A stretch of DNA of 64,000 bases, from the NCBI GenBank assembly GCA_963724295.1, contig CAVRUC010000001.1, positions 96,001-160,000 of the forward strand. Direction: 5' to 3'. The position numbers were made by a program, and so were the translations under genes. The notes beneath the pieces are model-generated. The model saw only the letters and a program-made list of their open reading frames with translations. It was not told where the DNA came from and did no database searches. Positions 26,053 through 36,507 of this stretch are shown here, piece by piece. The stretch is from an uncultured Chloroflexia bacterium. Its GTDB lineage: Bacteria; Chloroflexota; Chloroflexia; Thermomicrobiales; UBA6265. Within the stretch, counting starts at the first letter, position 1. Each line of letters starts with the position of its first letter.

Positions 26053-28377
26053 TCAGCCTGGTCGATTTCCGGCAAGACTGTCAGAGAGAGCGAGATCGAG
26101 GCCGGGCAAGCCGGTTGCCAGTAGCGGCACCTGCTGGGGACCGCTGACTCGCGCTCCCAGGGGCCCCCAATCTGACAAGCGCTTGTAGCGGCCGCTCAAC
26201 CAGGAATGAACGTCGAACGGACTTTCGCCCGGCGCTGGTTCGATGCGGCGGTATGTGCCGTCGGACTCGAGCTCCCAGGCGTTGGTCGTGTCTCGCCAAT
26301 AGGCGGGAATGATCTGGTCCCTGATCTCCGCGGCCCAACCTCGATCTTCGACCGGGAAGACCACCTCTACGCGCCGGTCGAGGTTCCGTTCCATCAGGTC
26401 GGCGCTCCCAAGATAGACCTCATCCTCTCCACCGTTGCCAAAATAGTAGATACGGCTGTGCTCCAGGAAGCGACCGACCACGCTGATCACGCGGATGTTC
26501 TCGCTCCAACCGGCAATGCCCGGTCGCAGACAGCACGCCCCACGCACGATCAGCTCGATCTTCACCCCCGCGCGTGACGCGCGGTAGAGGGCCCGCACCA
26601 ACAGCCGGTCGACCAGGGCGTTGAGCTTGAAGACCAGCCGCCCGTTCCCGTGACGGCGGTGCGCCGCGATCTCGCGGTCGATCGCCGTCAGCAGCTGCTG
26701 TCGTAGTCCGCCGGGGGCAACCCAGATTCGGCGGTAGGCATCCTGCTGCGCGAACCCGGTCAGCGCATTGAAGAGGTCCGAAACGTCGGCGCCGATGTCC
26801 TCGCGGGCGGTCAGATAGCCCAGATCTTCATAAATTCGCGCCGTCGACGCGTTGTAATTGCCTGTGGCCAGATGGACATAGCGGCGTAGTCCGCTTGGTT
26901 CCCGCCGCACGACCAGCGTGGCTTTGCAGTGGGTTTTCAGCCCGGCCAGTCCGTAGGCAACATGAACGCCGTGGCGCTCCAGCTCCTCGGCCCAGCCGAT
27001 GTTGTTTTCCTCATCGAAGCGAGCTTTCAACTCAACGAGGACCGCGACTTGGGTGTCGTCGTCACGCGCTTCTACGAGTAAAGGAATCAAGGGTGAGTCC
27101 CTGCCGATGCGGTACAGCGTCTGCTTGATGGCAACAACGTTGGGATCAGTGGCCGCCGCGCGCAGGAAGTCGACGACCGCTCCAAACGACTGGTACGGGT
27201 GATGGATCAGGATGTCCCGCTCACGAATCGAGGCAAACACGTCTTCGGGCTCCTGACCCGGAACCGCGGAGAGCCTGGGAATTGGGGCCGGAGTCAGCAC
27301 ATGGTCCTTGAGTTCGGGACGGTCGATCGCAATCAGCTCCCAGAGGTCTCCGGTGCCCAGTGGCCCGTCGACGACAAAGAGATCGTCGTCTGTTGCACCA
27401 AGATGCTCGACCAGCCAGTGACGTACGTCGTCCGGCATCGTGCGGTCGATCATCAACCGCACGACGGGGCCAAATGCCCGCTGCGCGATCGACTCGCGCA
27501 TGACGGTCATCAGGTTGACCTCGTCATCGTCGCCATCGTCCTCGTCGAGGTCGATGTCGGAGTCTCGGGTGACGTGAAACGGATACGATGCGACGACCTC
27601 AGCCCCGGTAAACAGCCGGCCCAGGTTGGCGGCCACCACCTGCTCCAGCCAGGTGAAGACCTGGGGCCGGTCGCGATCGGCGCCGGTGCCATTTGTTACG
27701 GGGATGAACCGTGGCAATGTCGCCGGGATCTTGACGCGGGCGAATCGGGATCCATCTGGCAGACTGAGTGCGGCGATCAGGTTGAGGCTGCGGTTGGAGA
27801 CGTGAGGGAATCTTCGCCCTCGGTCGATAGCCTGCGGTGTGAGAATGGGGAAAATCTCGCGCTCGAATCGCCGGGTGACCGTTTCTTGTTGCTGATCGCT
27901 CAGCGCGGCGTAGGGAACGATTTCAATGCCTTCGGCGGCAAGACCTGGGAGAAGCAGGCCGGTAATGACCGCCGCGTGCCGGTCAAGCGCCGTCTGCGCC
28001 TCCGCCCGGACAGCTCTCATCTGTTCGGCCGGAGTACGTCCATCGGGACCCAGAGTGCCGATGCCGGTGTCGAGCTTCCGCTTGATGCCGGCGACTCGGA
28101 TCATGAAGAACTCATCGAGATTGGTGGCGAAGATTGCCGCGAACTTGACCCGTTCCAGAAGCGGGGTCGTGCACTCTTCAGCTTCGAAGAGAACGCGACT
28201 GTTGAATTCCAGCCAGCTCAGCTCGCGGTTGATGAACATCTCGGGCTCGAGAGGCGGCAATGCCGCGCCATCACGTTCAGTGACAGTGCCGTCTGCTTTG
28301 GTTCCGGGTTCGTCCCGGCGTCCGTTCGCCGTTACGGTACGGCGCCTGCGGGATCGTTTTTCATCCACCTTCGCCAT
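26053..28377 (-). CDS. ppk1: Polyphosphate kinase 1
   Basis: INRELSWLEFN, HHPYQSF, ELKARFDEENN, FLEHSRIY, SADLMERNLDRRVE. Confidence 0.96.
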   Translation of the reverse strand: MAKVDEKRSRRRRTVTANGRRDEPGTKADGTVTERDGAALPPLEPEMFINRELSWLEFNSRVLFEAEECTTPLLERVKFAAIFATNLDEFFMIRVAGIKRKLDTGIGTLGPDGRTPAEQMRAVRAEAQTALDRHAAVITGLLLPGLAAEGIEIVPYAALSDQQQETVTRRFEREIFPILTPQAIDRGRRFPHVSNRSLNLIAALSLPDGSRFARVKIPATLPRFIPVTNGTGADRDRPQVFTWLEQVVAANLGRLFTGAEVVASYPFHVTRDSDIDLDEDDGDDDEVNLMTVMRESIAQRAFGPVVRLMIDRTMPDDVRHWLVEHLGATDDDLFVVDGPLGTGDLWELIAIDRPELKDHVLTPAPIPRLSAVPGQEPEDVFASIRERDILIHHPYQSFGAVVDFLRAAATDPNVVAIKQTLYRIGRDSPLIPLLVEARDDDTQVAVLVELKARFDEENNIGWAEELERHGVHVAYGLAGLKTHCKATLVVRREPSGLRRYVHLATGNYNASTARIYEDLGYLTAREDIGADVSDLFNALTGFAQQDAYRRIWVAPGGLRQQLLTAIDREIAAHRRHGNGRLVFKLNALVDRLLVRALYRASRAGVKIELIVRGACCLRPGIAGWSENIRVISVVGRFLEHSRIYYFGNGGEDEVYLGSADLMERNLDRRVEVVFPVEDRGWAAEIRDQIIPAYWRDTTNAWELESDGTYRRIEPAPGESPFDVHSWLSGRYKRLSDWGPLGARVSGPQQVPLLATGLPGLDLALSDSLAGNRPG

Positions 28378-28589
28378 GGTGACTCCTCGATCCGTCACGC
28401 CCCGGGAGCGCATGACTGGCTGACGAGTTTGTCTTCCCTCGCGACGACCTCCAGATGAACTGAACGGCGCATTCCGCGCCAGTCAGTGTCATCGCAGGCG
28501 AGACTCGCTCAGCTACACTGTCCCGCCCAGTGTACCCGGTGGGTATTGCCAGTCTTCATCGATCAGTGCTGGCCAAGGACAACCGCGCC

Positions 28590-29021
28590 ATGAACGATAG
28601 ACAACTGTCCACCTCGTCTGACCAATTCGTTGAGGTCAAGCCGCCGAACCTGATTCTGCGGGTAATATGGTTCATCCTCGTCGGCTGGTGGCTGACGGGC
28701 ATTCTCTCAGTCGCCGCCTGGGCACTCAATGCTACGGTCATCGGCCTGCCGCTCGGACTCTGGGTCATCAACAGGCTGCCGCTCGCCGCGACGCTGCGCC
28801 CAGCTAGCTCTCAGTACCGGCTCGAGGATGGCGTCCTCCGCTCAGGTGTCGAACAGCATCCGTTCGTCCTGCGGGCTATCTATTTTGTGCTCATCGGCTG
28901 GTGGCTGTCAGGGCTCTGGATGGTCGTGGCCTACGCGTTCTTGCTGACCATCATCGGCATGCCTGTCGCGTTCTGGATGTACGGCAGAATTGGCACGGTC
29001 ACGACGCTCTACCGCACGTAA
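28590..29021 (+). CDS. YccF-domain membrane protein
   Basis: Duplicated WFILVGWWL...TVIGLP / YFVLIGWWL...TIIGMP module. Confidence 0.8.
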   Translation: MNDRQLSTSSDQFVEVKPPNLILRVIWFILVGWWLTGILSVAAWALNATVIGLPLGLWVINRLPLAATLRPASSQYRLEDGVLRSGVEQHPFVLRAIYFVLIGWWLSGLWMVVAYAFLLTIIGMPVAFWMYGRIGTVTTLYRT

Positions 29022-29088
29022 TGACGAACGGCCGAGACGTAGACCGGCGGAACCAGCCCGCCGGTCTATGCTCTCGCCGGTTTGCGCT

Positions 29089-31302
29089 CTATGAGGAATT
29101 GCCCGTCGACTGGGATTCGGCCGCGACCCCAGCAGCTGCCAGCGATGCATCCGCGGCTGAATCGTCATCTTCGACCGCAGATTCGGCGTCGGACCGTCCG
29201 TTCTCGCGAACCGTGGCCTCGATCGTGACCATCTGGTGCGGAACGATCCCCGCCTCGGGATCGAGCAATTGGCCGGGGCCAAAGATGGCAATCACGTCCT
29301 TACCATCGAGCGTCTCGTGTTCGAGCAGAGCAGCGACGAGCGCATCCAGCTTGTCCCGGTGGCCGTTGGTCACCTGCACCGCTCGATCAAGTGCCTCCTC
29401 GACCATCTCTCGCACGGCGTTGTCGAGCCGGTTGGCCGTGGCATCAGAATAGGCCTTGTCCTGCATGATCTCGCGACCGAGAAAGACATGCTCTTCGCCG
29501 GTTCCGAGATAGACCGGGCCGAGCTCATTACTCATGCCCCAGAGCCCGACCATCCGCCGCGCCAGGCCCGATGCTTCCTTGAGGTCATTTTCAGCTCCGG
29601 TTGTCACTTCGTCGTAGACAACCATCTCCGCCGCGCGCCCACCCAAGAGCATGGCAAGCCGCCCATGCAGGAATGTCCGGCTGTAATTGTGCCGATCCTC
29701 CTCTGGCATCTGCACTGTCACGCCGAGGGCGCGACCGCGGGGAACGATGCTCACCTTTCGCAGGGGATCCGAACCGGGAGTGAAATGCGCCACCAGCGCG
29801 TGTCCCGCTTCGTGGTAGGCGACCACCTCGCGCTCTTTGGGATTCATCAGACCCGAGCGGGTGGTCCCCAGGAGGATCTTGTCCAATGCCTCTTCAAAAT
29901 CGGAGGCGGTGATCTCCTTGCGATTCCGGCGCGCGGCGGTCAATGCCGATTCGTTGACGAGATTCGCGAGATCGGCTCCTGAGAATCCCGTTGTACCCCG
30001 CGCGAGTGAGCTCTTGTCGACGTCCGAGGCGAGCGGCAGCCCGCGCGTGTGGATGTTGAGCACCGCCTCCCGCCCCGCTTTGTCGGGGAGCCCAATGACG
30101 ACCTGGCGATCGAACCTGCCCGGTCGCAGCAAGGCGGGGTCGAGCACGTCCGGCCGGTTGGTGGCGGCCATGACGATTACTTCCTGATTCGTCTCGAACC
30201 CGTCCATCTCCACGAGCATCTGATTGAGCGTTTGCTCGCGTTCGTCGTTCGACCCTCCCAGACCGGCGAACCGCTGGCGTCCGACGGCATCGAGCTCGTC
30301 GACAAAGACGATGGCCGGGGCGTTCTGCTTGGCCTTGTCGAAGAGATCGCGCACGCGGCTGGCACCGACGCCGACGAACATTTCGACGAACTCCGAGGCT
30401 GAGACGCTGAAGAAGGGGACACCCGCTTCACCGGCAACCGCGCGCGCCATCAAGGTTTTTCCGGTGCCGGGAGGGCCGACCAGGAGCACACCGCGCGGCA
30501 GCCGTGCCCCGAGCTGGTGGTATTTGGCCGGGTTGCGCAGGAAGTCGACGACCTCCGTCAACTCCTGTTTGGCCTCTTCTTCGCCGGCGACGTCGGCGAA
30601 CGTCACCTGAGGCCGCTCGGGATCGTGCTGCTTGGCCCGCGACCGGCCAAACCCAAAGACGTTCTGCTGGCCGCGTGACATCTGGCGACCCATGAACACG
30701 ATCAGGCCCACGATGAGCAGGAACGGAAGGAGCGTGATGAGCAGGGTCGAAAGCAGCGATGAGCTATCGGATTGGCCCTTGACGACGACGCCGTTCTCTT
30801 CCAGGAGAGGAAGCAGCCCGGTGTTTTCGACCGGCGGCAGGGTGGCACGCAGGTTATCGCCTTCGACAACCCCCTGCGTCGCGGCATCCGGCACGGGCGT
30901 CACCAACTGCTCCGTGGCCCGGTTCCAGGCCACCGGTTCCTTCAGCTCCGCCGTGATTTCCACGTCGGTCAGGATGACTTCGCCGACGTTTCCAGCCCGC
31001 ACCTGCTGATCGACGACTGAATACGGAACGGTGATGCTCTGGGTGTCCCGTTGCGGATCGAAGATCGCGTAGAGCTGGTACGCCACCAGACCGAGGAAGA
31101 GCACCGCGATCGCCCACGGCGGAATGCGGGGGCGCCCCTTGTTGCCCGTGCCGGGTCCACCCTGACCGATGCGGCCGCGACCCGGAAGCGAGGGGCGCTT
31201 GACCGACGGCTTCGAAGTGGTGTCGTTGTCCTTGGCTTTCTCTTTGTCGCTATCCGGGATCAAATTCAAGCGTGTTACTTGGGATCCGCGTACGTCATTC
31301 AC
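29089..31302 (-). CDS. ftsH: ATP-dependent zinc metalloprotease FtsH
   Basis: Two TM segments, [40 protein letters not shown]. Confidence 0.97.
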   Translation of the reverse strand: MNDVRGSQVTRLNLIPDSDKEKAKDNDTTSKPSVKRPSLPGRGRIGQGGPGTGNKGRPRIPPWAIAVLFLGLVAYQLYAIFDPQRDTQSITVPYSVVDQQVRAGNVGEVILTDVEITAELKEPVAWNRATEQLVTPVPDAATQGVVEGDNLRATLPPVENTGLLPLLEENGVVVKGQSDSSSLLSTLLITLLPFLLIVGLIVFMGRQMSRGQQNVFGFGRSRAKQHDPERPQVTFADVAGEEEAKQELTEVVDFLRNPAKYHQLGARLPRGVLLVGPPGTGKTLMARAVAGEAGVPFFSVSASEFVEMFVGVGASRVRDLFDKAKQNAPAIVFVDELDAVGRQRFAGLGGSNDEREQTLNQMLVEMDGFETNQEVIVMAATNRPDVLDPALLRPGRFDRQVVIGLPDKAGREAVLNIHTRGLPLASDVDKSSLARGTTGFSGADLANLVNESALTAARRNRKEITASDFEEALDKILLGTTRSGLMNPKEREVVAYHEAGHALVAHFTPGSDPLRKVSIVPRGRALGVTVQMPEEDRHNYSRTFLHGRLAMLLGGRAAEMVVYDEVTTGAENDLKEASGLARRMVGLWGMSNELGPVYLGTGEEHVFLGREIMQDKAYSDATANRLDNAVREMVEEALDRAVQVTNGHRDKLDALVAALLEHETLDGKDVIAIFGPGQLLDPEAGIVPHQMVTIEATVRENGRSDAESAVEDDDSAADASLAAAGVAAESQSTGNSS

Positions 31303-31386
31303 AGGCTTTCCATTTCTCGTCGCCAGATCGCGATTTGTGAGGCTGGTTGATACGAGCGCGTTACAGGGGATACTACCCGATCTTCA

Positions 31387-31764
31387 TTAATCGGAGCTTG
31401 ATTGATCGTGGCCCGCACCGACCAGGCGCCAGCGCCCGGGTACCGCATACGGGTCGTCTTCGCCATGTGCAAAACCGATCCACTCGACCAGGTTCGACCG
31501 GCGCAGTACTCCAGGAATGACCTGCCCGTGGACCACCATCTTTGCGGCACGGTCCCCTTCCCCCCAGCGACGCAACGCTTCCAGATAGGCGGCGTTTGCC
31601 TCCGGGTCTGACTGCAGAAGCGCGATAAACTCGGTTGTCGTGAATTCGTCACCCTCGATCCGGCCCAGAATGCCGTCGATTGTCGGTGCGAGGAAGGCCG
31701 TGATGGCGTCGACGCGATCCGGCCGATCAAGCGCCGGTTCTCTTGGCGGGCTCCCATCGGTCAT
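31387..31764 (-). CDS. Hypothetical protein (125 aa)
   Basis: Protein-like composition; fills the gap upstream of ftsH. Confidence 0.65.
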   Translation of the reverse strand: MTDGSPPREPALDRPDRVDAITAFLAPTIDGILGRIEGDEFTTTEFIALLQSDPEANAAYLEALRRWGEGDRAAKMVVHGQVIPGVLRRSNLVEWIGFAHGEDDPYAVPGRWRLVGAGHDQSSSD

Positions 31765-31883
31765 CTATCAACCGCCGTGGCCTGCAACTCCTGGTTCGAC
31801 GAGCGAAAGACGTCGTGCGCGATGGGAAGGTCGCGAGTCAGGATAGACTTGGCGGAGTCGAGACAGTGCATCGCACGTCCTGT

Positions 31884-32420
31884 ATGTCCATTCATGGAGA
31901 TTGCCCGTTGGCTACGCGTTTCGTAGCTCCCGTCCGTTCCCTGTGTCGCAGCGGGCCGCGCCCACTCTGCGCACTGGCGTTGGTCATTCTCCTCAGTGTC
32001 TATGCTCCTGTCGCTCACGACGCCCTGGCCAAAGCACCGCCTCTGGCAACGACCGTGCTCGATGCCAAAGCGTTGGCGACGCCGAGCTATGACGCCGCCC
32101 CGGTCACGGTGATTCCCCAGGGCACTGAAGTCGAGTTGACGGGTGATGCTGCGCCGGGGTTCCGTGGCGTGTACAACGTCGATGAGGCTGTTTGGGTTCC
32201 CGCACAGGTCCTCTCACTCGGCGATCGGCCGGGTATCGACACCGGCGTGACCGTTGCGGATACCCCGTTGCTCGAAGCTCCCATGCCTGACGCACCGGTG
32301 CGGCAGATCGTTCTCGAGGGACAGGCCGTCATTCTGACCAGCGCCAGCGTCGACGGCTATGACGCGGCGGCGCATGACGGCTCCGGCGGCTGGATCGACG
32401 AGCGAGATCTATCGCGATGA
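31884..32420 (+). CDS. Exported protein with two degenerate SH3b-like domains
   Basis: Hydrophobic segment, then VIPQGTEVELTG...W and EGQAVILTSASVDGY...GWID, resembling the SH3 repeats of 18377..19699. Start uncertain. Confidence 0.6.
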   Translation: MSIHGDCPLATRFVAPVRSLCRSGPRPLCALALVILLSVYAPVAHDALAKAPPLATTVLDAKALATPSYDAAPVTVIPQGTEVELTGDAAPGFRGVYNVDEAVWVPAQVLSLGDRPGIDTGVTVADTPLLEAPMPDAPVRQIVLEGQAVILTSASVDGYDAAAHDGSGGWIDERDLSR

Positions 32421-33665
32421 GCAACGACCGTGATCCCAAGGGCGTAGTCCGCGGCGAGAGCCCACGCCATCTGCCGCGCAGCGCGGCGGTGGTGGTGATC
32501 GGCGGCGGAGTCAACGGCCTGTCGGCCGCATTTCAGCTCGCGAAGCGCGGCGTGCGAGACATCGTCGTCCTCGAGCGTCGCCATCTCGGGTCCGGTGCCA
32601 CCGGGAAATCCGGCGCCCTCGTCCGCTGTCACTATGCGAACGTGCCGGAGGCGCGACTCACCCATGAGAGTTTGCGCATCTTTCGCAACTGGGATGAGGT
32701 CGTCGGCGCCGGCTCTCCTGGCTTTGCCGCCACCGGGTTCGTTCAGGTCGTAGCTCCGGAACACGAGCAGCGACTGCGCCAGAACGTCGCCGATCAACAA
32801 GAGATCGGCATCGAGACCCGCGTGGTTGACCGCGAGGAGCTCCGGGAGATCGATCCGTATCTCTACACCGACGATCTCACGTGTGCTGCCTACGAACCGG
32901 GTAGCGGCTTTGCCGACCCGAATGCGACGTTGCACGGGTTCGCTCGCGCGGCAAAGGACCTCAGGGTTCGTGTGTTTGAAGAGACACCGGTCACCTCGAT
33001 CCAGACCGACGGCGGGCGCGTCTCCGGCGTCGAGACTCTTCTTGGCGCGATCTCGACCGACAAGGTACTGGTAGCAGCCGGCTCCTGGGCGGACCAACTC
33101 CTGACGCCGCTGGGAATCGATCTCGGCCTGGAACCGGTGCGCACCCAGGTAGTTGTTTTTCGGTGGCCATCCCAACTCGAAGGCGCCGGTCACCGGGTCG
33201 TCATCGATACGATCAATCACTCGTGGCTGCGCCCGGAGGGGATCAACTCGACGCTGATCGGGGCCGAGCGCAGTGTCTTGACCGCTGATCCCGACGCGCT
33301 CGACGAGTCGGTCGACGCGCGGACCATACCGGTGAGTCGCCAGGCACTGGCGGCGCGGTACCCGCATCTTCGCCAACGCAATCATGCGTGGCGGCTGGTC
33401 CGGCACGTACATGCGCAGCCCGGATGGACACCCGATCATCGATCAGATCCCCTCGCTGCCTGGTCTCTGGGTGATGACTGGCGACAGCGGAACCTCGTTC
33501 AAGACCGCGCCCGCAATCGGAATCTGCCTCGCCGAATGGATCACCGGCGGGGCACCAGAACTGGTCGATCTGACGCCGTTCCGCGCTTCGCGGTTTGCCG
33601 AGGGCGCACCCTGGCTCGATGCGCATTCCTACGGTGACGATCGCCAGCTGACGGTTTCGCGCTAG
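32417..33665 (+). CDS. FAD-dependent oxidoreductase, sarcosine oxidase beta-like (+1 frameshift near 33365)
   Basis: IGGGVNG, GATGKSGA; C-terminal SPDGHPII...GDSGTSFKTAPAIG in the next frame. Confidence 0.88.
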
Positions 33666-33671
33666 TCGGGT

Positions 33672-34685
33672 TCAGCTCTCGTCGGGTGTGTCTCCCCGAC
33701 GCAGACTCGCGTAACTCTCGTAACGTTCTTGCCCGATCTCGCCGGCGTCGACCGCCGCCTGGACAGCGCAACCGGGTTCTGACAGATGTGAGCAATCGGC
33801 ATAGCGGCATTGCCCCAGAAAGGGCCGCATCTCCGGGAAGAACTGGTCGAGCTCGTCAGACGATACCCCCTGCAGCGAGAGGGCGCGAATCCCGGGCGTG
33901 TCCGCGACGAAGGTCTGCGCCTCGCCCGGAATCCGGTGCAGTACGGTGGCCGTGGTGGTATGGCGCCCTTTTCCCGTCGCGGGCGAGATGGCGCCGACCG
34001 CGCGGTCCCGCGCCGGGTCGAGCACGTTGAGCAGGCTCGATTTTCCAACACCAGAAGGCCCAGCGACGGCCGTGATTTTCTCATTGAGCGCCTCGCGCAG
34101 CTCATCGATTCCCTGGCCGGTTTTCGCACTGAGGTAGAAGACCGGGTAGATCTCTTCATAGCGGCCAAAAAGGCTTCCCGCGAGCGACGCCTTGCCGTCC
34201 GCCGTGGCGACATCGAGGTCCATCTTGTTGACACCGATGAGAGCAGGCAGATTTCGCGACTCCGCCATCACCAGAAACCGATCGAGCAGGCGGAGATGCG
34301 GCTCGGGATCCCGCACGGCGAAGAGAAAGAGTGCTTGATCGGGGTTCGCCAGGATGATCTGCTCGACGTCGTTGGTGTGACGGGCGAGGCGGGAGAGCGT
34401 GCGCGTTCTCGGTGCGATCGATTCGATGCGGCCCTCCCCTTCCCCGACATCCCTCACCGACACCCTGTCGCCGACGGCGACGAGGTCGGTGCCGCGGCGC
34501 TGCCGCTTGAGGACACCCTTGATCGTGGAGAGCAACTCTCGACCGTCCGCCAGTTGAACGGTGAAGAACTTGCCGTAGGCACGCACCACCACGCCTGGGA
34601 GCGCCTCCGACGCTGGGGCAGGATTCGGTTCTACGTCCCTCGGATCAAGGACTGATCGTGGCCCGGTTCGTCGCCGCGGGGTCAC
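33672..34685 (-). CDS. rsgA: Ribosome small subunit-dependent GTPase A
   Basis: Circularly permuted GTPase: NKMD, GPSGVGKSS, GRHTTT, DTPG, and Zn site CRYADCSHLSEPGC. Confidence 0.95.
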   Translation of the reverse strand: MTPRRRTGPRSVLDPRDVEPNPAPASEALPGVVVRAYGKFFTVQLADGRELLSTIKGVLKRQRRGTDLVAVGDRVSVRDVGEGEGRIESIAPRTRTLSRLARHTNDVEQIILANPDQALFLFAVRDPEPHLRLLDRFLVMAESRNLPALIGVNKMDLDVATADGKASLAGSLFGRYEEIYPVFYLSAKTGQGIDELREALNEKITAVAGPSGVGKSSLLNVLDPARDRAVGAISPATGKGRHTTTATVLHRIPGEAQTFVADTPGIRALSLQGVSSDELDQFFPEMRPFLGQCRYADCSHLSEPGCAVQAAVDAGEIGQERYESYASLRRGDTPDES

Positions 34686-34753
34686 CGGCGTCCTATCGCG
34701 TTCGACGAAAAATGGTTGGGACCCGCCGCACGGAGACAATCGCGGGACGCGGC

Positions 34754-34780
34754 AAGGGGGCGCCTTCCGGCGCCCCCTTT
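34754..34780. terminator. Intrinsic terminator hairpin after the Cys-rich gene
   Basis: aagggggcgcc-ttcc-ggcgccccctt. Confidence 0.7.
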
Positions 34781-34806
34781 ACCAATGTGGAACACACGAG
34801 CTCGCA

Positions 34807-36198
34807 CTAGGCGCAGACGCCTCCCTGACAGAGGAGTCCTGAGCAGCAATGACTGCCAGCACTGCAGGCGCCGCCCTCGAAGCGGCAGCAGTTGAGACTG
34901 CCGTCGCTGTCGATGCCGTTGTTGCGGCAGAAGGAGGCTCCGCCGACCGCCGTGCACTCCGCGTCAGCCGCGCACGCCCCGCCGAGGGCGATGTTGCCGC
35001 CACCGAGGCTGCTACCACCAATCGGTTGACAGACACCGCCAGTACAATCGTGCCCACCGCAACACTGGGATCCAGCGGAGCAGCCGCCACCCTCATAACG
35101 GCAGCAGTTCAGCGGACCATCGCTGGCGATTCCATTGTCGTCGCAGAAGACCGCGCCCCCGACCTGGCTGCATTCGCCCGAATGGGCGCACTGCCCACCG
35201 AGCCCGATGGTGCCACCGCCGCCGCCCGTGGTTCCGCAGACCCCATTCGTGCACTGTAGACCACCGCAGCAGACCTCGTTGCGATCGCACCAGCCACCAT
35301 TGTTGTGGCAGCAGTTCAAGGTGCCGTCGAAGTCGATCCCATTCGATGCGCAAACTGCCGCCCCCGCTGACTGGCTGCACTGTCCGGTCTGCGTGCATTC
35401 CGCGCCAAGCGCCAGCCCACCAGTTCGGTTGTTTGTGCAGAGACCATTGACGCAGTAGAGTCCGCCGCAGCACCCAGCGCTGTAGTCGCCGCCGGAACAG
35501 GCGCCGCCCTCGTTGCGGCAGCAATTCAACGGACCATCGCCGTCATAGCCGTTGTCGGCGCAGACCGTCGCTCCACCGCTCTGACTGCACTGACTGGACG
35601 ACGTGCACTGCGCCCCGGGAGCAAGTCCACCCGACGGCGTCGTTCCCGATGACGTGCCTCCACAGGTGCCGTTCACACAGAAGAGATTCGCACAGCATTG
35701 CACGTCGTTCGAGCAAGCGCCGCCAGAATTGCGGCAGCAGTTGCGCGCGCCGTCGGCAGCGATACCGTTGCTGGCGCAGACGACCGATCCACCGGTCTGG
35801 CTACATTCGCTGGTCGCCGTGCACTCGGCCCCGAGCGCCCGCCCACCTGTGCTTACGCCGCCACCGCATGTGCCACTCAGGCAGACCGCCCCACCACAGC
35901 AGTGGAAGTCCGCGGTGCACCCGCCTCCGGCGTTGCGGCAGCAATTGAACTGACCGTCGCGAATAATGCCGTTGTCGCTACAAACGACCGCGCCCCCTGC
36001 CTGGCTGCACTCGGAGTTGGCGCCGAGCGCGGAACATTGTCCGCCGAGCGGAACCGTGTTCTGTGCCTGCGCCAGCCGCGGCATACCGATCGGGAGCCAC
36101 GCTGCCGCCACCGTGGCGGCAAGTCCCTTCAGCACGCTACGCCGAGAGGTTCCGGCGGCGACCGCCCGCGCTACTTCGTCAAAACGAAACCCGTCCAT
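34807..36198 (-). CDS. Tat-exported Cys/Gly-rich protein with six ~60-aa repeats
   Basis: MDGFRFDEVARAVAAGTSRRSVLK twin-Arg signal ending AQA; six repeats with 10 Cys each; GGAGG RBS. Confidence 0.88.
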   Translation of the reverse strand: MDGFRFDEVARAVAAGTSRRSVLKGLAATVAAAWLPIGMPRLAQAQNTVPLGGQCSALGANSECSQAGGAVVCSDNGIIRDGQFNCCRNAGGGCTADFHCCGGAVCLSGTCGGGVSTGGRALGAECTATSECSQTGGSVVCASNGIAADGARNCCRNSGGACSNDVQCCANLFCVNGTCGGTSSGTTPSGGLAPGAQCTSSSQCSQSGGATVCADNGYDGDGPLNCCRNEGGACSGGDYSAGCCGGLYCVNGLCTNNRTGGLALGAECTQTGQCSQSAGAAVCASNGIDFDGTLNCCHNNGGWCDRNEVCCGGLQCTNGVCGTTGGGGGTIGLGGQCAHSGECSQVGGAVFCDDNGIASDGPLNCCRYEGGGCSAGSQCCGGHDCTGGVCQPIGGSSLGGGNIALGGACAADAECTAVGGASFCRNNGIDSDGSLNCCRFEGGACSAGSHCCSGLLCQGGVCA

Positions 36199-36507
36199 GC
36201 TGGCGTCTTTCTCCTCCAGCCCGCCCGAAGTCGCGGACCCCGACTCCCCTCTTGCCCTGGAACCCGTCGCTCAACGCCAATGCCAGGGAAGCGTTCCGCA
36301 CCGCACGGCGGAACCGGGCATGGCGTTCGCGCAGCGCGGGACGCGGACGAGTCTTCCTGTTGATGTCAACGCGGGACGGGGCGGCGGCGTTTCCACTGGA
36401 AAAGCGGGGATTCTCCCGGGCGATCATAGGTCGGCCAGTTCCCATGTGTCAACACCGGGCCACGTTCGCCCAGCATGTCCGTACAGGCACCAGGCACCGT
36501 GCGCTGG

